Part shown: positions 21,570-32,084 of the stretch, one piece after another
Numbering within the stretch: the stretch's first letter is position 1
Layout of the letters: each line of letters opens with the position of its first letter
NCBI GenBank assembly: GCA_965224195.1
Contig: OZ245040.1
Span: 128,001 to 192,000 of the forward strand
DNA: 64,000 nucleotides
Reading direction: 5' to 3'
DNA from: Nitrosopumilus sp.
GTDB taxonomy: Archaea; Thermoproteota; Nitrososphaeria; Nitrososphaerales; Nitrosopumilaceae
The notes under the pieces: model-generated
What the model was told of the DNA's origin: nothing
Databases searched by the model: none
What the model saw: the letters and a program-made list of their open reading frames with translations, nothing else
Translations under genes and position numbers: made by a program

Positions 21570-21888
21570 GATAAAAAAAGAAGTTAGTTTCCTCCGAAGT
21601 CAACTGCCATGTAACCAATCATGTTATTACTGAAAGTAGTTGCTTTCGTAGGATCTGTTGGTACACTATACCATCCATTAGTCCAAACAAGGACAACATC
21701 TCCGTTATGGATATACGGACAATACTCGTACATGATTCCAGTATTGGTATTCCATGTATGATAACATCCTTGGTTTGGTGTAGTGACAGGATACCAAGTT
21801 TCTAATGCATCATCAAACTTGTAGATGTTGCTTGATGTATTACAGAAAGGCCATGAATTTTTATCCAATTCGTCAGGATATGAAATTC

Positions 21889-22880
21889 TACTCTGTCGAA
21901 CAAATCATTTCTAACTAGTTTTTGATTTCATTCCCTCAAGCACCTGCAAACAGATTGTACAGCTCGACTTTTAATTTTAATTCCTTTGCCATGTATTTTC
22001 TTTTGTGAGCCATGACATACTCACCAAACATCCTTTTGAATGTTGAAAACACACACTCTACAATCCACCTGTCCCCATAGCTGACGCTGCGCTTCCACAA
22101 ATCCAAATTATACATTTGAGCTAAGACTGATTTCTTTCTCGGATAACATTTTGTTTTGAGAGATGATGTCTTTCTAACTTTGATTGCAGGCAGTGCATCT
22201 GTGTTGTGATATAGATATGAGAAGTTGTTTTCTGAATCATATGCGCCATCAGCTAGAACCTTGATTACATTTCCTTTTTGTGATGCCTGCTGTACCAGTT
22301 CTGGCAGATGTGCAGCATCATGGGATGAATCATCTGTTATTTTCAGTGAAACTATTTTCTTTGATTTGACATCGGCACCAACATGGATTTTTAGAAATCC
22401 TCTCCTCATGTGCCATTTCTGTCTCATCCATTCGCCCCTGTTTGCAACCTTGATTCCTGTGCTGTCAATTGCCAAAATGATTTCATTATTATCTCCAATG
22501 GAATCATCAGTTTTGATGTCAAGCTTGTTTATTCTCTTGTGGATTGATGTGAAATCAGGAACTGCTGGAACTCTATTACAATATGCACGTATCATTCCTT
22601 CTGTTTGTCTGAATGGTAATCCAAAATAGATTCTAGCATAACCCAATAATTTCATGAATGAATCAGGATAGTCAAACTTTCTACCTCTTTTGTTGTGATT
22701 CATGACCTCTAATTCTTTATGCCAGTTATCAATAGCATCAAATGACATTATGATCTCGCCTCTTCTGACTAGTTTTTCATTGTATTGATTCCAGTTAACC
22801 ATGAGAATGGTCAGAATGTGAGATCCAAAGCTATTGTTATGAAATAAAGTTGATCAGATTGTTATTTGTTCGACAAAGTA
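21889..22880 (-). mobile_element. Intact IS5-family element (ISH1/IS903-like), 992 bp, 8-bp TSD
   Basis: TIRs TACTCTGTCGAACAAAT / ATTTGTTCGACAAAGTA; TSD tgaaattc at 21881-21888 and 22881-22888. Confidence 0.92.
21936..22802 (-). CDS. IS5-family DDE transposase
   Basis: NWNQYNEKLVRRG, AIDSTGIK, LADGAYDS, RWIVECVFSTFKRMFG. Confidence 0.95.
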   Translation of the reverse strand: MVNWNQYNEKLVRRGEIIMSFDAIDNWHKELEVMNHNKRGRKFDYPDSFMKLLGYARIYFGLPFRQTEGMIRAYCNRVPAVPDFTSIHKRINKLDIKTDDSIGDNNEIILAIDSTGIKVANRGEWMRQKWHMRRGFLKIHVGADVKSKKIVSLKITDDSSHDAAHLPELVQQASQKGNVIKVLADGAYDSENNFSYLYHNTDALPAIKVRKTSSLKTKCYPRKKSVLAQMYNLDLWKRSVSYGDRWIVECVFSTFKRMFGEYVMAHKRKYMAKELKLKVELYNLFAGA

Positions 22881-23223
22881 TGAAATTCCACCATTCATCC
22901 ACACACCAGAAAGATGTGATATTACGAATCCTGCAGTAGTTGCAGTTTTACTTGTAAATCCACATACTGCATGAGTTCCAATTGTAGCCCATTTGTTGTC
23001 TAGTGACTCAAGATATGCACCATTGTCTTTTGGTGGTTCAACTCCTTTTGTGAGTTCTGTCATGTCTTCTGCACCACTATATCTTGATTTCAATTCATTT
23101 TGCATATTCATCTAGCTTCACTTTAGCCATATCTCTTTAGCCTATGATTAATCTACTATATATAATAAACATTTAGGATTGAGCTATGCTCATATGTAAT
23201 ACACTATACCTAAAACGTAAGAA

Positions 23224-23508
23224 ATGAATACAAACTCTAGAAAACAAAAAGCAACTCAAATAATATCTCAAATAAAATCAATTAGAAAAATTACAAAGAA
23301 TCATTATGTTGTTGAATCTCAAAACTCAGATAACAAATACAATGTCAAAAAATTAAAAGATACAGATGTATGGACTTGTGAATGTGGAGATTTTCATTAT
23401 CGATTACGAACCCAAGACAACAAGCACTGTAAGCATATTCAGAGTTGTATTATTCTAAAAGAGAATATCATTACTTGGATCATTCTGAGCCAGGGGACAA
23501 GAGAATAG
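23224..23508 (+). pseudogene. SWIM zinc-finger fragment, probably the N-terminus of a truncated transposase-associated protein
   Basis: YVVESQ...WTCECGDF...CKHI motif, then abrupt end. Confidence 0.55.
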
Positions 23509-23858
23509 AGAACTGATGTATAGAGAAGTTATATTTTTGGTTATGGTACTAATGGATTCAAATGACTCTCTTCTAGTTCTTCAAGATAGCCCTTGATTTC
23601 TTTGCCACAGAATTTGGCTTTGGAATTACCCTTATTGTTACTACAGTCTTCAACGGTTTGTTTGTAAACAATGGACTAAACATGGTAGTTTTTTGGATTA
23701 GACACAAATTCATCAAAAATGGGCATAATTTGCACCCATTTTTAGAAATTTTTTAAGTTTCAATTTATTTCATAATAATTAAAATTTCTTTTTTAGGCTC
23801 ATCATAAATTTTTATGGATTTTAACAATGTACCATTCTTTGAAAATTCTTCATGTATT

Positions 23859-24927
23859 AGATGAGTTGCGTAATTACAAACAGAAATCTAACTTTTCTGT
23901 CATTTAATTCTTAATTTTATGGAATTGCAATGAATTCTTCTTTCCATTTAATCTTGAAATTGACAGTCCCACAAACAATTTCACTTGTCACATCATATCT
24001 GCATAATTTGTTTCTAAACACATCGCGATTTATCCGAAATTGCCTGACTTGTGCAATAGCATGTTCAACTTTTATTCTAATTTTTGACTGCATCTTGTTC
24101 CACTCCTTTTGAGTAACAGTCAATTTTTTTCCTTTCTTTTTCTTGTATGGCAAAACACTTGCCTGTTCTGGAAAGTCTTTTTCCATCCCCAAATATCCAA
24201 GATCATAAGACTGCGACAACCCTTCAGACAATGTTGGATGCTTTGATTTGTAAATTCTGTAATCATGATGGCTGCCAGGCGAATGTGCAGATTTGTGGAT
24301 TGTTATCCCATCAAGATTTATGGCGATTTGATTTTGTACTGCATGTTTTTTCTTTTTGCCTGAATGGTGTGTCTTTCTTTTCTTTTTGTTTTTTGGTCTT
24401 GGGATGGGCTGTTATGTGCCATCAGTGATTGCAATTAATTCCGGAAAGAATTCTTGCAATTCCTGCATGCTGTTAATCTTTTTTGAATCTGCATATTTTT
24501 TGGCAGGAATTATAATGGATTGCTTCACTGCAGGCTCCAAACATCTGATGTTTCTCATTACGTTTGGTTTGTCCAAATCAAATGTCATCCCTGGCATATC
24601 ATATGTTGTGTACATTCTGTAGTACATGAAAAACATTAGAATTCTGCCTTTGAAGGACAAGTCAAACTTGTGTCCTGCACCAATGTCTCTTTCTCTATTT
24701 TTGGACAATCCCTTTTGTTCTGCAGTTTTGCAATTTTTCTTTATTTCTTTGTATAGGGAATCAAACTGTGGAACAGTTAGTCCTGCTATTGACAGGAATT
24801 GTTTTGGTTTTTTTGCCAGTTTTGCGTAATTAAACATGAATTGAAAATAATTCAGTCTTAGCTTTGGATCTTATGATTAGAAAATGTTGAGATTATGCTC
24901 AAATTGGACTAGTTGCACAACTCATCT
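23859..24927 (-). mobile_element. IS5-family (DDE_Tnp_4, ISL2-like) element copy 1, 1069 bp, transposase inactivated by nonsense codon
   Basis: TIRs AGATGAGTTG...CAACTCATCT; ORFs 24412-24837 and 23917-24231 are one frame broken by TAA after DGT. Confidence 0.92.
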
Positions 24928-24985
24928 AGTATTATCGTCATGGATTTATCAGAAATTTTCAATAAATTTTGGTTTTTTTAAATTA

Positions 24986-25630
24986 CTAACCAGTAATAGA
25001 TAATGGAAGAACTGAATGTCGATATCCCTCCCGCTGAGAAATATATTTTGCTGAAAGCATATCTCGTTTTCCTCGCTGATTAAAATTTTTAATTTTCATA
25101 CTTGTTTTTCTTTCATCTACAAATTCTAATTCAAATGATGAACAATATTTTAGATTAAGCATTTTTACAATTTGTTTTGCAATATGCATATTTCCATCAC
25201 CAATTTTTAAAATTTTTCTTTTTGCTCTAAGACCACCTAAAATTCCAATAATATGAAAAACTAATTCTTCAATAGAATTATGAACTGATCTCTCAATTTC
25301 TATACCATAGTAAAATATGGACAACCCAATTCTCTGACCAGGATCAACTCCTAAAATTAGATTTTCTTCTTCAAAACTAAGATTAAGTTTTTGTATCATT
25401 ATACCTCCAAGTACCGTAGAATGATATTCAAGAACATCTTCATGAAGTAAAATTTTCTCACATTTTTTAGGAGATTCTTTCAGAGTCGTAAGTATAAGAT
25501 TTCCAGGATAATCCTGAATTTCTCCTGGAAGTATAGAATCAAAAGACAAATTGAGACTTTTTAAATAAGTCGAAAATCTATAGTATGGTTTACCATAGGT
25601 AGTAGCAATTCCAATACGTGAATTCTGTAA
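24986..25630 (-). CDS. Conserved RNase H-like (RuvC/YqgF-type) hypothetical protein; start uncertain
   Basis: ILGVDPGQRIG, KIGDG, FVDERKTS, RDMLSA; frame open upstream of 25549 to LQNSRIG with TTA where a start is expected. Confidence 0.65.
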   Translation of the reverse strand, partial: LQNSRIGIATTYGKPYYRFSTYLKSLNLSFDSILPGEIQDYPGNLILTTLKESPKKCEKILLHEDVLEYHSTVLGGIMIQKLNLSFEEENLILGVDPGQRIGLSIFYYGIEIERSVHNSIEELVFHIIGILGGLRAKRKILKIGDGNMHIAKQIVKMLNLKYCSSFELEFVDERKTSMKIKNFNQRGKRDMLSAKYISQREGYRHSVLPLSITG

Positions 25631-25669
25631 GGGATCGATAATTGATGAAAGGAAAGATGAAATTTAGGT

Positions 25670-25996
25670 TTATGCTTTCAAAACTGTTGACACTACACGT
25701 TTGACTGCTTCATCAAAATTTGCATCAATTTTAGATTGGATTTCAGATAATTTTACATCACCCTCTTGAGAGATTTTTGTAGATTCAGTAGTAGCCTTGT
25801 CTTTAGAAGCAGTGATGATAACTTCAGCTTCTTTAGTAGCCATTTCACGAGTTTTTTCTAGTAAATTATCAATTTCAGTAATAGCCTTTACAGATAGTTG
25901 TTTTTTCATATCACCAACTTTGCTATTTAGAGAATCTAGATCATCTTCTAAGGCATTCAATGATTTGATAATTCCTGTGACTTTGGATTCAGCCAT
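25670..25996 (-). CDS. Coiled-coil protein (A-type ATPase subunit H/G-like)
   Basis: Helical, EK-rich, ends NFDEAVKRVVSTVL; likely start MAESK. Confidence 0.6.
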   Translation of the reverse strand: MAESKVTGIIKSLNALEDDLDSLNSKVGDMKKQLSVKAITEIDNLLEKTREMATKEAEVIITASKDKATTESTKISQEGDVKLSEIQSKIDANFDEAVKRVVSTVLKA

Positions 25997-26113
25997 GCTA
26001 CTCATTATGCTCTGAATCGGATAATCCATTACTTAAATCATTCATTTCCTAGGCGTGATCTATGGTAAAATCAGGATTTTAGGCATGATTTTGGACAAAT
26101 TCTAGAAATTGTT

Positions 26114-26590
26114 TTAATCACTGTATACTTCGTTTTTCTTTTTATTGAATTTGTTGTATCCTTCTTTGTCATAACCCAGGTGATTATATCCTAGCCCATC
26201 ATACCCATTACTATCAAACCCATCTTCATCATACCCGTCTAAATCAAACCCATCTTTGTCGTACCCTCCTAGGTCATACCCATTTTTGTTAAACCCATCT
26301 TTATCAAAAGCAATTTTTGTATCAATGTGAATTCCATCTATAGAAAACCCCCGATTATCAAACCCATCTTTGTCGTATCCATTTTTGTAGTATCCTTTTT
26401 TGTTAAACCCATCTTTATTGTAACCCTTGAAATCGAATCCATCTTCATCATACCCGTCTTTGTATCCTTTTTTGTCATACCCATTTTTGTCATAACCATT
26501 TTTGCCATAACCATTTTTGCCATAACCATTTTTGCCATAACCATCTAGGTCATATCCATGCTTGTCATACGTATGACTAAATCTATCCAA
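26114..26590 (-). CDS. G[YF][DN]xx pentapeptide-repeat protein
   Basis: GYDKD/GFNKN repeats; 15-bp DNA repeats. Confidence 0.75.
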   Translation of the reverse strand: MDRFSHTYDKHGYDLDGYGKNGYGKNGYGKNGYDKNGYDKKGYKDGYDEDGFDFKGYNKDGFNKKGYYKNGYDKDGFDNRGFSIDGIHIDTKIAFDKDGFNKNGYDLGGYDKDGFDLDGYDEDGFDSNGYDGLGYNHLGYDKEGYNKFNKKKNEVYSD

Positions 26591-26686
26591 TAAACCTATA
26601 ACAGAATTTCATGAATTCAATTCAGATAAGCATTTTTACACCTATCTGCGTCCATTTTTATTCAAAAATTCTCTATCTTGTTGAGA

Positions 26687-27755
26687 AGATGAGTTGTGCA
26701 ACTAGTCCAATTTGAGCATAATCTCAACATTTTCTAATCATAAGATCCAAAGCTAAGACTGAATTATTTTCAATTCATGTTTAATTACGCAAAACTGGCA
26801 AAAAAACCAAAACAATTCCTGTCAATAGCAGGACTAACTGTTCCACAGTTTGATTCCCTATACAAAGAAATAAAGAAAAATTGCAAAACTGCAGAACAAA
26901 AGGGATTGTCCAAAAATAGAGAAAGAGACATTGGTGCAGGACACAAGTTTGACTTGTCCTTCAAAGGCAGAATTCTAATGTTTTTCATGTACTACAGAAT
27001 GTACACAACATATGATATGCCAGGGATGACATTTGATTTGGACAAACCAAACGTAATGAGAAACATCAGATGTTTGGAGCCTGCAGTGAAGCAATCCATT
27101 ATAATTCCTGCCAAAAAATATGCAGATTCAAAAAAGATTAACAGCATGCAGGAATTGCAAGAATTCTTTCCGGAATTAATTGCAATCACTGATGGCACAT
27201 AACAGCCCATCCCAAGACCAAAAAACAAAAAGAAAAGAAAGACACACCATTCAGGCAAAAAGAAAAAACATGCAGTACAAAATCAAATCGCCATAAATCT
27301 TGATGGGATAACAATCCACAAATCTGCACATTCGCCTGGCAGCCATCATGATTACAGAATTTACAAATCAAAGCATCCAACATTGTCTGAAGGGTTGTCG
27401 CAGTCTTATGATCTTGGATATTTGGGGATGGAAAAAGACTTTCCAGAACAGGCAAGTGTTTTGCCATACAAGAAAAAGAAAGGAAAAAAATTGACTGTTA
27501 CTCAAAAGGAGTGGAACAAGATGCAGTCAAAAATTAGAATAAAAGTTGAACATGCTATTGCACAAGTCAGGCAATTTCGGATAAATCGCGATGTGTTTAG
27601 AAACAAATTATGCAGATATGATGTGACAAGTGAAATTGTTTGTGGGACTGTCAATTTCAAGATTAAATGGAAAGAAGAATTCATTGCAATTCCATAAAAT
27701 TAAGAATTAAATGACAGAAAAGTTAGATTTCTGTTTGTAATTACGCAACTCATCT
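26687..27755 (+). mobile_element. IS5-family (DDE_Tnp_4) element copy 2, 1069 bp, 3-bp TSD AGA, same nonsense codon as copy 1
   Basis: Reverse complement of copy 1 with identical translations; TAA at 27200-27202; aga flanks both ends. Confidence 0.93.
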
Positions 27756-27822
27756 AGAGTTTACACTCTAAACATATTGTCAAACAATTCATTCTCAGGA
27801 ACAAGAATTGGCTATTCTGAGA

Positions 27823-28170
27823 TTATCCTGTTGTTAAAAGCAGGATAGCTCGTGCAAGATCGCCTTCAGCTTCTTCTAAAGCACTTTTGGCTTTTTCTTC
27901 ATCGACACCAGCTTGTTGGCTTACAAGCTGAATATCTTCTTCTGAGTAAATTGGAACTTCCAATTCTCTTTCTTCATAACTATCAGAAGTTACTGTAAAA
28001 ATCGAATTATCTTTTGCTTTCATTTCAGTAACAGAAGGCTTGGAAATAATGATGTATTTTTTATCAGTTTTAATTATAACTTCTTGAACATTAGATAATT
28101 CGTTCATATCCAAACCCATCTTATCCATCATTCTCCGCATTTCGCGGTTTCCTCCGCCTCCTCGCATCAT
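27823..28170 (-). CDS. nac: Nascent polypeptide-associated complex protein
   Basis: MRRMMDKMGLDM...VQEVIIK; UBA-like tail EDIQLVSQQAGV..GDLARAI. Confidence 0.93.
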   Translation of the reverse strand: MMRGGGGNREMRRMMDKMGLDMNELSNVQEVIIKTDKKYIIISKPSVTEMKAKDNSIFTVTSDSYEERELEVPIYSEEDIQLVSQQAGVDEEKAKSALEEAEGDLARAILLLTTG

Positions 28171-28640
28171 GATGTTATTTCCTCGTTACGACTTTTTAAA
28201 CTATCTCTGATCTTTATGGCTACACCTCTGTCAAAATCAGAAATCATATCAGATGGCAAAAGTGCTCTTCCTACTGCTATTACCTTATTTTTGAACAATA
28301 CAGGAGTATCTGCAGATATTTTAACATTTTTTCCACATGATATAACATGTTTACAAAATACTGATCTGCCCTGTTCAACAAAAGGAGCAGCATCAGAATT
28401 TATCTCAATACAATTGTCTTTAAATTTTTTATTTTTCAATAACATTTGAGCAAAATGAATACTAATTGCAAGACTTCCATCAATTCTCAAAGTACATAGG
28501 AATTTCCCTTTTTGTGAAATGGTTCGAATTCTACCTGTTTTTCTAGAAAAAGTTATTTCAATATCTTTTGGTAATAATTTTGATGTACCATTTCCAAATA
28601 ATGCATCAAGAGAATGCTGGAGTTTAACGATATGATCCAA
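28167..28640 (-). CDS. PUA-domain protein (split archaeosine TGT C-terminal module)
   Basis: SRKTGRIR, GRSVFCKHV, IAVGRA, RGVAIKIR. Confidence 0.8.
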   Translation of the reverse strand: MDHIVKLQHSLDALFGNGTSKLLPKDIEITFSRKTGRIRTISQKGKFLCTLRIDGSLAISIHFAQMLLKNKKFKDNCIEINSDAAPFVEQGRSVFCKHVISCGKNVKISADTPVLFKNKVIAVGRALLPSDMISDFDRGVAIKIRDSLKSRNEEITS

Positions 28641-28732
28641 TACTCATAGCAGGATTTTTTTTAAATATTAGTTCAATGCTAGTCTATATCAAAAAGATCA
28701 AACTATATAGAATAAAATTTTCCCTTTAGATT

Positions 28733-29779
28733 ATGGAAGATGGGGGCGAAACTAGAAAAATACAGTTTACCGGTAAATCATCATACATAGTTTCATTACC
28801 AAAACAATGGGTTATGGAATTAGGTCTCAAACAAGGAGATCAAATCAGAATGATTCGAAAAGATTCATCAACATTAGAGATTTATCCACCAAAATTTGAA
28901 TCCAGAACTCAGAAAAAAGAAGATGCCATAATAGAGATTGATGAAGGAGCAGAAGCAGCATCCATTGTTAGAAAATTAATTTCGTTATACTTTTTAGGAT
29001 ACAAGACCATTAATGTAAAACCTAAAAATGGTAGATTAAGTCCACATCAAAGAAACACAGTGAAAGAAGCTGTAAAACGAATGTTAATGGGTTCTGAAAT
29101 AATTGCAGATTCTACAAGTGGAATTACAGTTCAAGTTCTTGTTAATTTATTAGAATTATCAGTAGATGGTGCTTTCAAGCGAATGATTCACCTAGCAAAG
29201 TCAATGTCAAGTGATGCAATTTTAGCTGTAAAAGAAAATAACTTAGAATTAGCTCAAGAAATCATCAATACAGATGATGAAGTAGATAGATTTGGATTTT
29301 ATATTATTCGACAATTAAAGATTGCAATTCAAAATGAGCATATGCTAAAAGAGATGGGTTTTAGAAATGCTAGAAATTGCTTAGGATATAGGCTCATTGT
29401 AAAAAACATAGAAAGAACAGGAGATCATGCTGCATTCATAGCAAAAGATTTGATTGAATTTAAAAAACCTGTAAAAAAAGAGATTTTACAAAAATTACAA
29501 GAAATGAATGAATTTTGCTTAATTGTTTTAGATGATTCATGCCTTGCATTATTCAAAGAAGATTACAATCAGGCTGAAAAAACCATCACAAAAATTGAGG
29601 AAATTTCAAAATTTGAAAAAAAAGTAAGAGATGCTTCAAAATCATTAAAAGATGATGAAGAAATTTACAGGATAAGAAGAATGACTGAAAATATTCGAAG
29701 AGTTGCTGAATATGCTAGTGATATAGCTGAAATAGTTTTGAACATGAATATTGAAAAAACACTGAAAAAATCAGATTAA
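28733..29779 (+). CDS. phoU: AbrB-PhoU phosphate uptake regulator
   Basis: RKIQFTGKSSYIVSLPKQW, DDEVDR, IERTGDHA. Confidence 0.9.
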   Translation: MEDGGETRKIQFTGKSSYIVSLPKQWVMELGLKQGDQIRMIRKDSSTLEIYPPKFESRTQKKEDAIIEIDEGAEAASIVRKLISLYFLGYKTINVKPKNGRLSPHQRNTVKEAVKRMLMGSEIIADSTSGITVQVLVNLLELSVDGAFKRMIHLAKSMSSDAILAVKENNLELAQEIINTDDEVDRFGFYIIRQLKIAIQNEHMLKEMGFRNARNCLGYRLIVKNIERTGDHAAFIAKDLIEFKKPVKKEILQKLQEMNEFCLIVLDDSCLALFKEDYNQAEKTITKIEEISKFEKKVRDASKSLKDDEEIYRIRRMTENIRRVAEYASDIAEIVLNMNIEKTLKKSD

Positions 29780-29835
29780 TTTCCTAAATATGTCCAATAC
29801 AATTATCTTAGATTCAATTTAAAAAATGAATTAGA

Positions 29836-30957
29836 ATGAATTCTGCAATTTTAATCACATATGATCTAGAAGACTCAATAAATGAGGCAAAGGGACTATG
29901 TGATGCTGCAGAATATCAAGTAGTCCACGTAATAACCCAAGATTATCTTCAGAAGCCAAAGTATGGCATTAGTGGTGGGACACTGGAAAAATTACAAGAA
30001 ATTACAGATAAGTTAAGACCAGATATCATAGTATTTGATGAGATTTTAAAACCAAGTCAAAATTATAATCTTGCTACAGAATTACACAGAGAAGTATTAG
30101 ACAGAGAAGCATTAATTCTGGAGATTTTTGAAAGTAGAGCTTCAAGTGCAGAATCAAAATTACAAGTAAAATTAGCACAGTTGCGATATGAAATGGCAAG
30201 AGCTAAAGAGAAAGTTAGACTTGCAAACATGGGTGAACAACCTGGATTTATGGGTATAGGGAAATTTGAGGTTGATGTGTATTACAATGATATCAAACAT
30301 AGAATGCAAACAATAAGATCAAAACTTGAAAAAGCTGGAAAACAAAGAGAGCTTCACAGACAGGGAAGGAAAAGAATGGGATTTAAAACAATATCACTTG
30401 CAGGTTATACTTCTGCAGGAAAAACTACATTATTTAACAAAACTACAGGAGAAACAAGAACACAGAGTAAAGAACTTTTTACAACTCTAACTACAACTAC
30501 GCGAAGGTTGACGATAGATCAAGAACCATTTTTAATTGCAGATACGGTTGGTTTTATCAGTAAACTGCCAGCTTACATGATTGATGCATTCAAATCAACA
30601 TTAGAAGAATTGATACATACAGATGTAATAATTCTCGTAATTGATATCAATGATTCAATATCTGAATTAAAAAAGAAATTTTCTAGTTGTATGAGAACTT
30701 TGAGTGAATTAGGAGTAGAACAAGACAAGGTAGTTTATGCTTTAAACAAATCGGATTTATTACAAAATGATGAAATTCAACGAAAAATTGATTTCCTTAA
30801 TTTAACTGAAAATAAAAAATTGATTTCAGTATCTGCAAAAACTGGGAAAAATATCACACAATTAAAAAAATTAATCAAAGAAATTATTGAAAGTCAGAAT
30901 TATCATAAACCAAAAAATAATGCATGGGAAGGAGCGAATAAAACATTTGGTAATTGA
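29836..30957 (+). CDS. hflX: GTPase HflX
   Basis: [31 protein letters not shown]. Confidence 0.95.
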   Translation: MNSAILITYDLEDSINEAKGLCDAAEYQVVHVITQDYLQKPKYGISGGTLEKLQEITDKLRPDIIVFDEILKPSQNYNLATELHREVLDREALILEIFESRASSAESKLQVKLAQLRYEMARAKEKVRLANMGEQPGFMGIGKFEVDVYYNDIKHRMQTIRSKLEKAGKQRELHRQGRKRMGFKTISLAGYTSAGKTTLFNKTTGETRTQSKELFTTLTTTTRRLTIDQEPFLIADTVGFISKLPAYMIDAFKSTLEELIHTDVIILVIDINDSISELKKKFSSCMRTLSELGVEQDKVVYALNKSDLLQNDEIQRKIDFLNLTENKKLISVSAKTGKNITQLKKLIKEIIESQNYHKPKNNAWEGANKTFGN

Positions 30958-31480
30958 AGTAGTTAGAATAGGACAACGTGTTGTAAGAGATGACAGGGTA
31001 ACTACGCATGTAGCACTTGTTTCAAGAGGATTTGGTGCAGAGCGAATTTACATGACAGAGGTAAATCCAGAAATCAAAGATACTATTGAAAAAATCAACA
31101 ATACATGGGGAGGTAATTTTCAAGTGGAATTTATTGAAAAATGGAAAACAATTGTAAAAAAGAAAAAAGATGAAGGTTTCAAAGTTGTTCATCTATCAAT
31201 GTATGGTGAAAATATCAATGATGGTGAAGAAAAAATTGGAAATGAAGAAAATCTCTTGATTGTTGTAGGTGCTGAAAAAGTTCCAAGGGAGATTTATGAA
31301 TTAGCAGACTATAATGTTGGGGTTGGAAGTCAACCACATTCAGAGATTAGTGCTTTAGCAATTCTTTTAGATCGAATCCAAAAAGGCAAACAATTTGAGA
31401 AAAAATTTCCTAATGCAAAAAGAAAGATCATTCCTACCAAAAATGGCAAAAATGTGCAAGTAAAAGAAACAAGGGATTAA
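30947..31480 (+). CDS. trm56: tRNA (cytidine56-2'-O)-methyltransferase
   Basis: [37 protein letters not shown]; likely TTG start near 30947. Confidence 0.92.
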   Translation: MVIEVVRIGQRVVRDDRVTTHVALVSRGFGAERIYMTEVNPEIKDTIEKINNTWGGNFQVEFIEKWKTIVKKKKDEGFKVVHLSMYGENINDGEEKIGNEENLLIVVGAEKVPREIYELADYNVGVGSQPHSEISALAILLDRIQKGKQFEKKFPNAKRKIIPTKNGKNVQVKETRD

Positions 31481-31506
31481 TAGTAGAAAATCAGGAGTCA
31501 TTAGAG

Positions 31507-32022
31507 TTGGTAGACAAATACGAAGATCCTTTTGTTAGAATCGCCTCTATGATTGGAGGAGATGAATATCTCAAAGTAGCAAGATCTCTTCTAAAAGCTG
31601 AAGATGCTACAGATGAAGAAATTGCTAGTTCTACGGGTCTCCGAATCAATATGGTAAGAAAAGTATTGTATGATCTATTTGGAAAATCTCTCATTACTGG
31701 AATTAGAGTTAAAGATGAAAGAAAAGGATGGTTTGTCTACAGATGGAGAACAAGAAGAGAAGAAGTAGAACATTTTATTGAAAATCAAAAAAAGAAAATC
31801 GATGAAAGATTACAGCAGAGATTAGACTATGAAAACGCATCAGATTTCTATCACTGTGGAAACGAAGATTGTCCTAGAGTAACATTTGAAAGCGCTCTTA
31901 ATGGGATGTTCAAATGCCCATCGTGCCAAAATGTTTTGAATCTAAAAAAGAATGATAAATCTAGAAAAGCATATCAAAAGAAAATTGATGAGATCAAACA
32001 AGATATGCAACAAACATTTTGA
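31507..32022 (+). CDS. tfe: Transcription initiation factor E alpha
   Basis: TDEEIA..VRKVLYDL..GWFVYRW winged helix plus Zn ribbon (FKCPSC). Confidence 0.93.
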   Translation: MVDKYEDPFVRIASMIGGDEYLKVARSLLKAEDATDEEIASSTGLRINMVRKVLYDLFGKSLITGIRVKDERKGWFVYRWRTRREEVEHFIENQKKKIDERLQQRLDYENASDFYHCGNEDCPRVTFESALNGMFKCPSCQNVLNLKKNDKSRKAYQKKIDEIKQDMQQTF

Positions 32023-32084
32023 TTAGATTAAAATTTTGAAAGACAAGTTACTAGAATAAATAGGAGAAGCTCTTCGGAAGATCC

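Larger units (their letters stand above)
21584..23111 (-). pseudogene. Hypothetical gene interrupted by the IS
   Basis: Removing the IS and one TSD joins ...WMNGGIS to YPDELDKNSWPFC... in frame. Confidence 0.75.
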
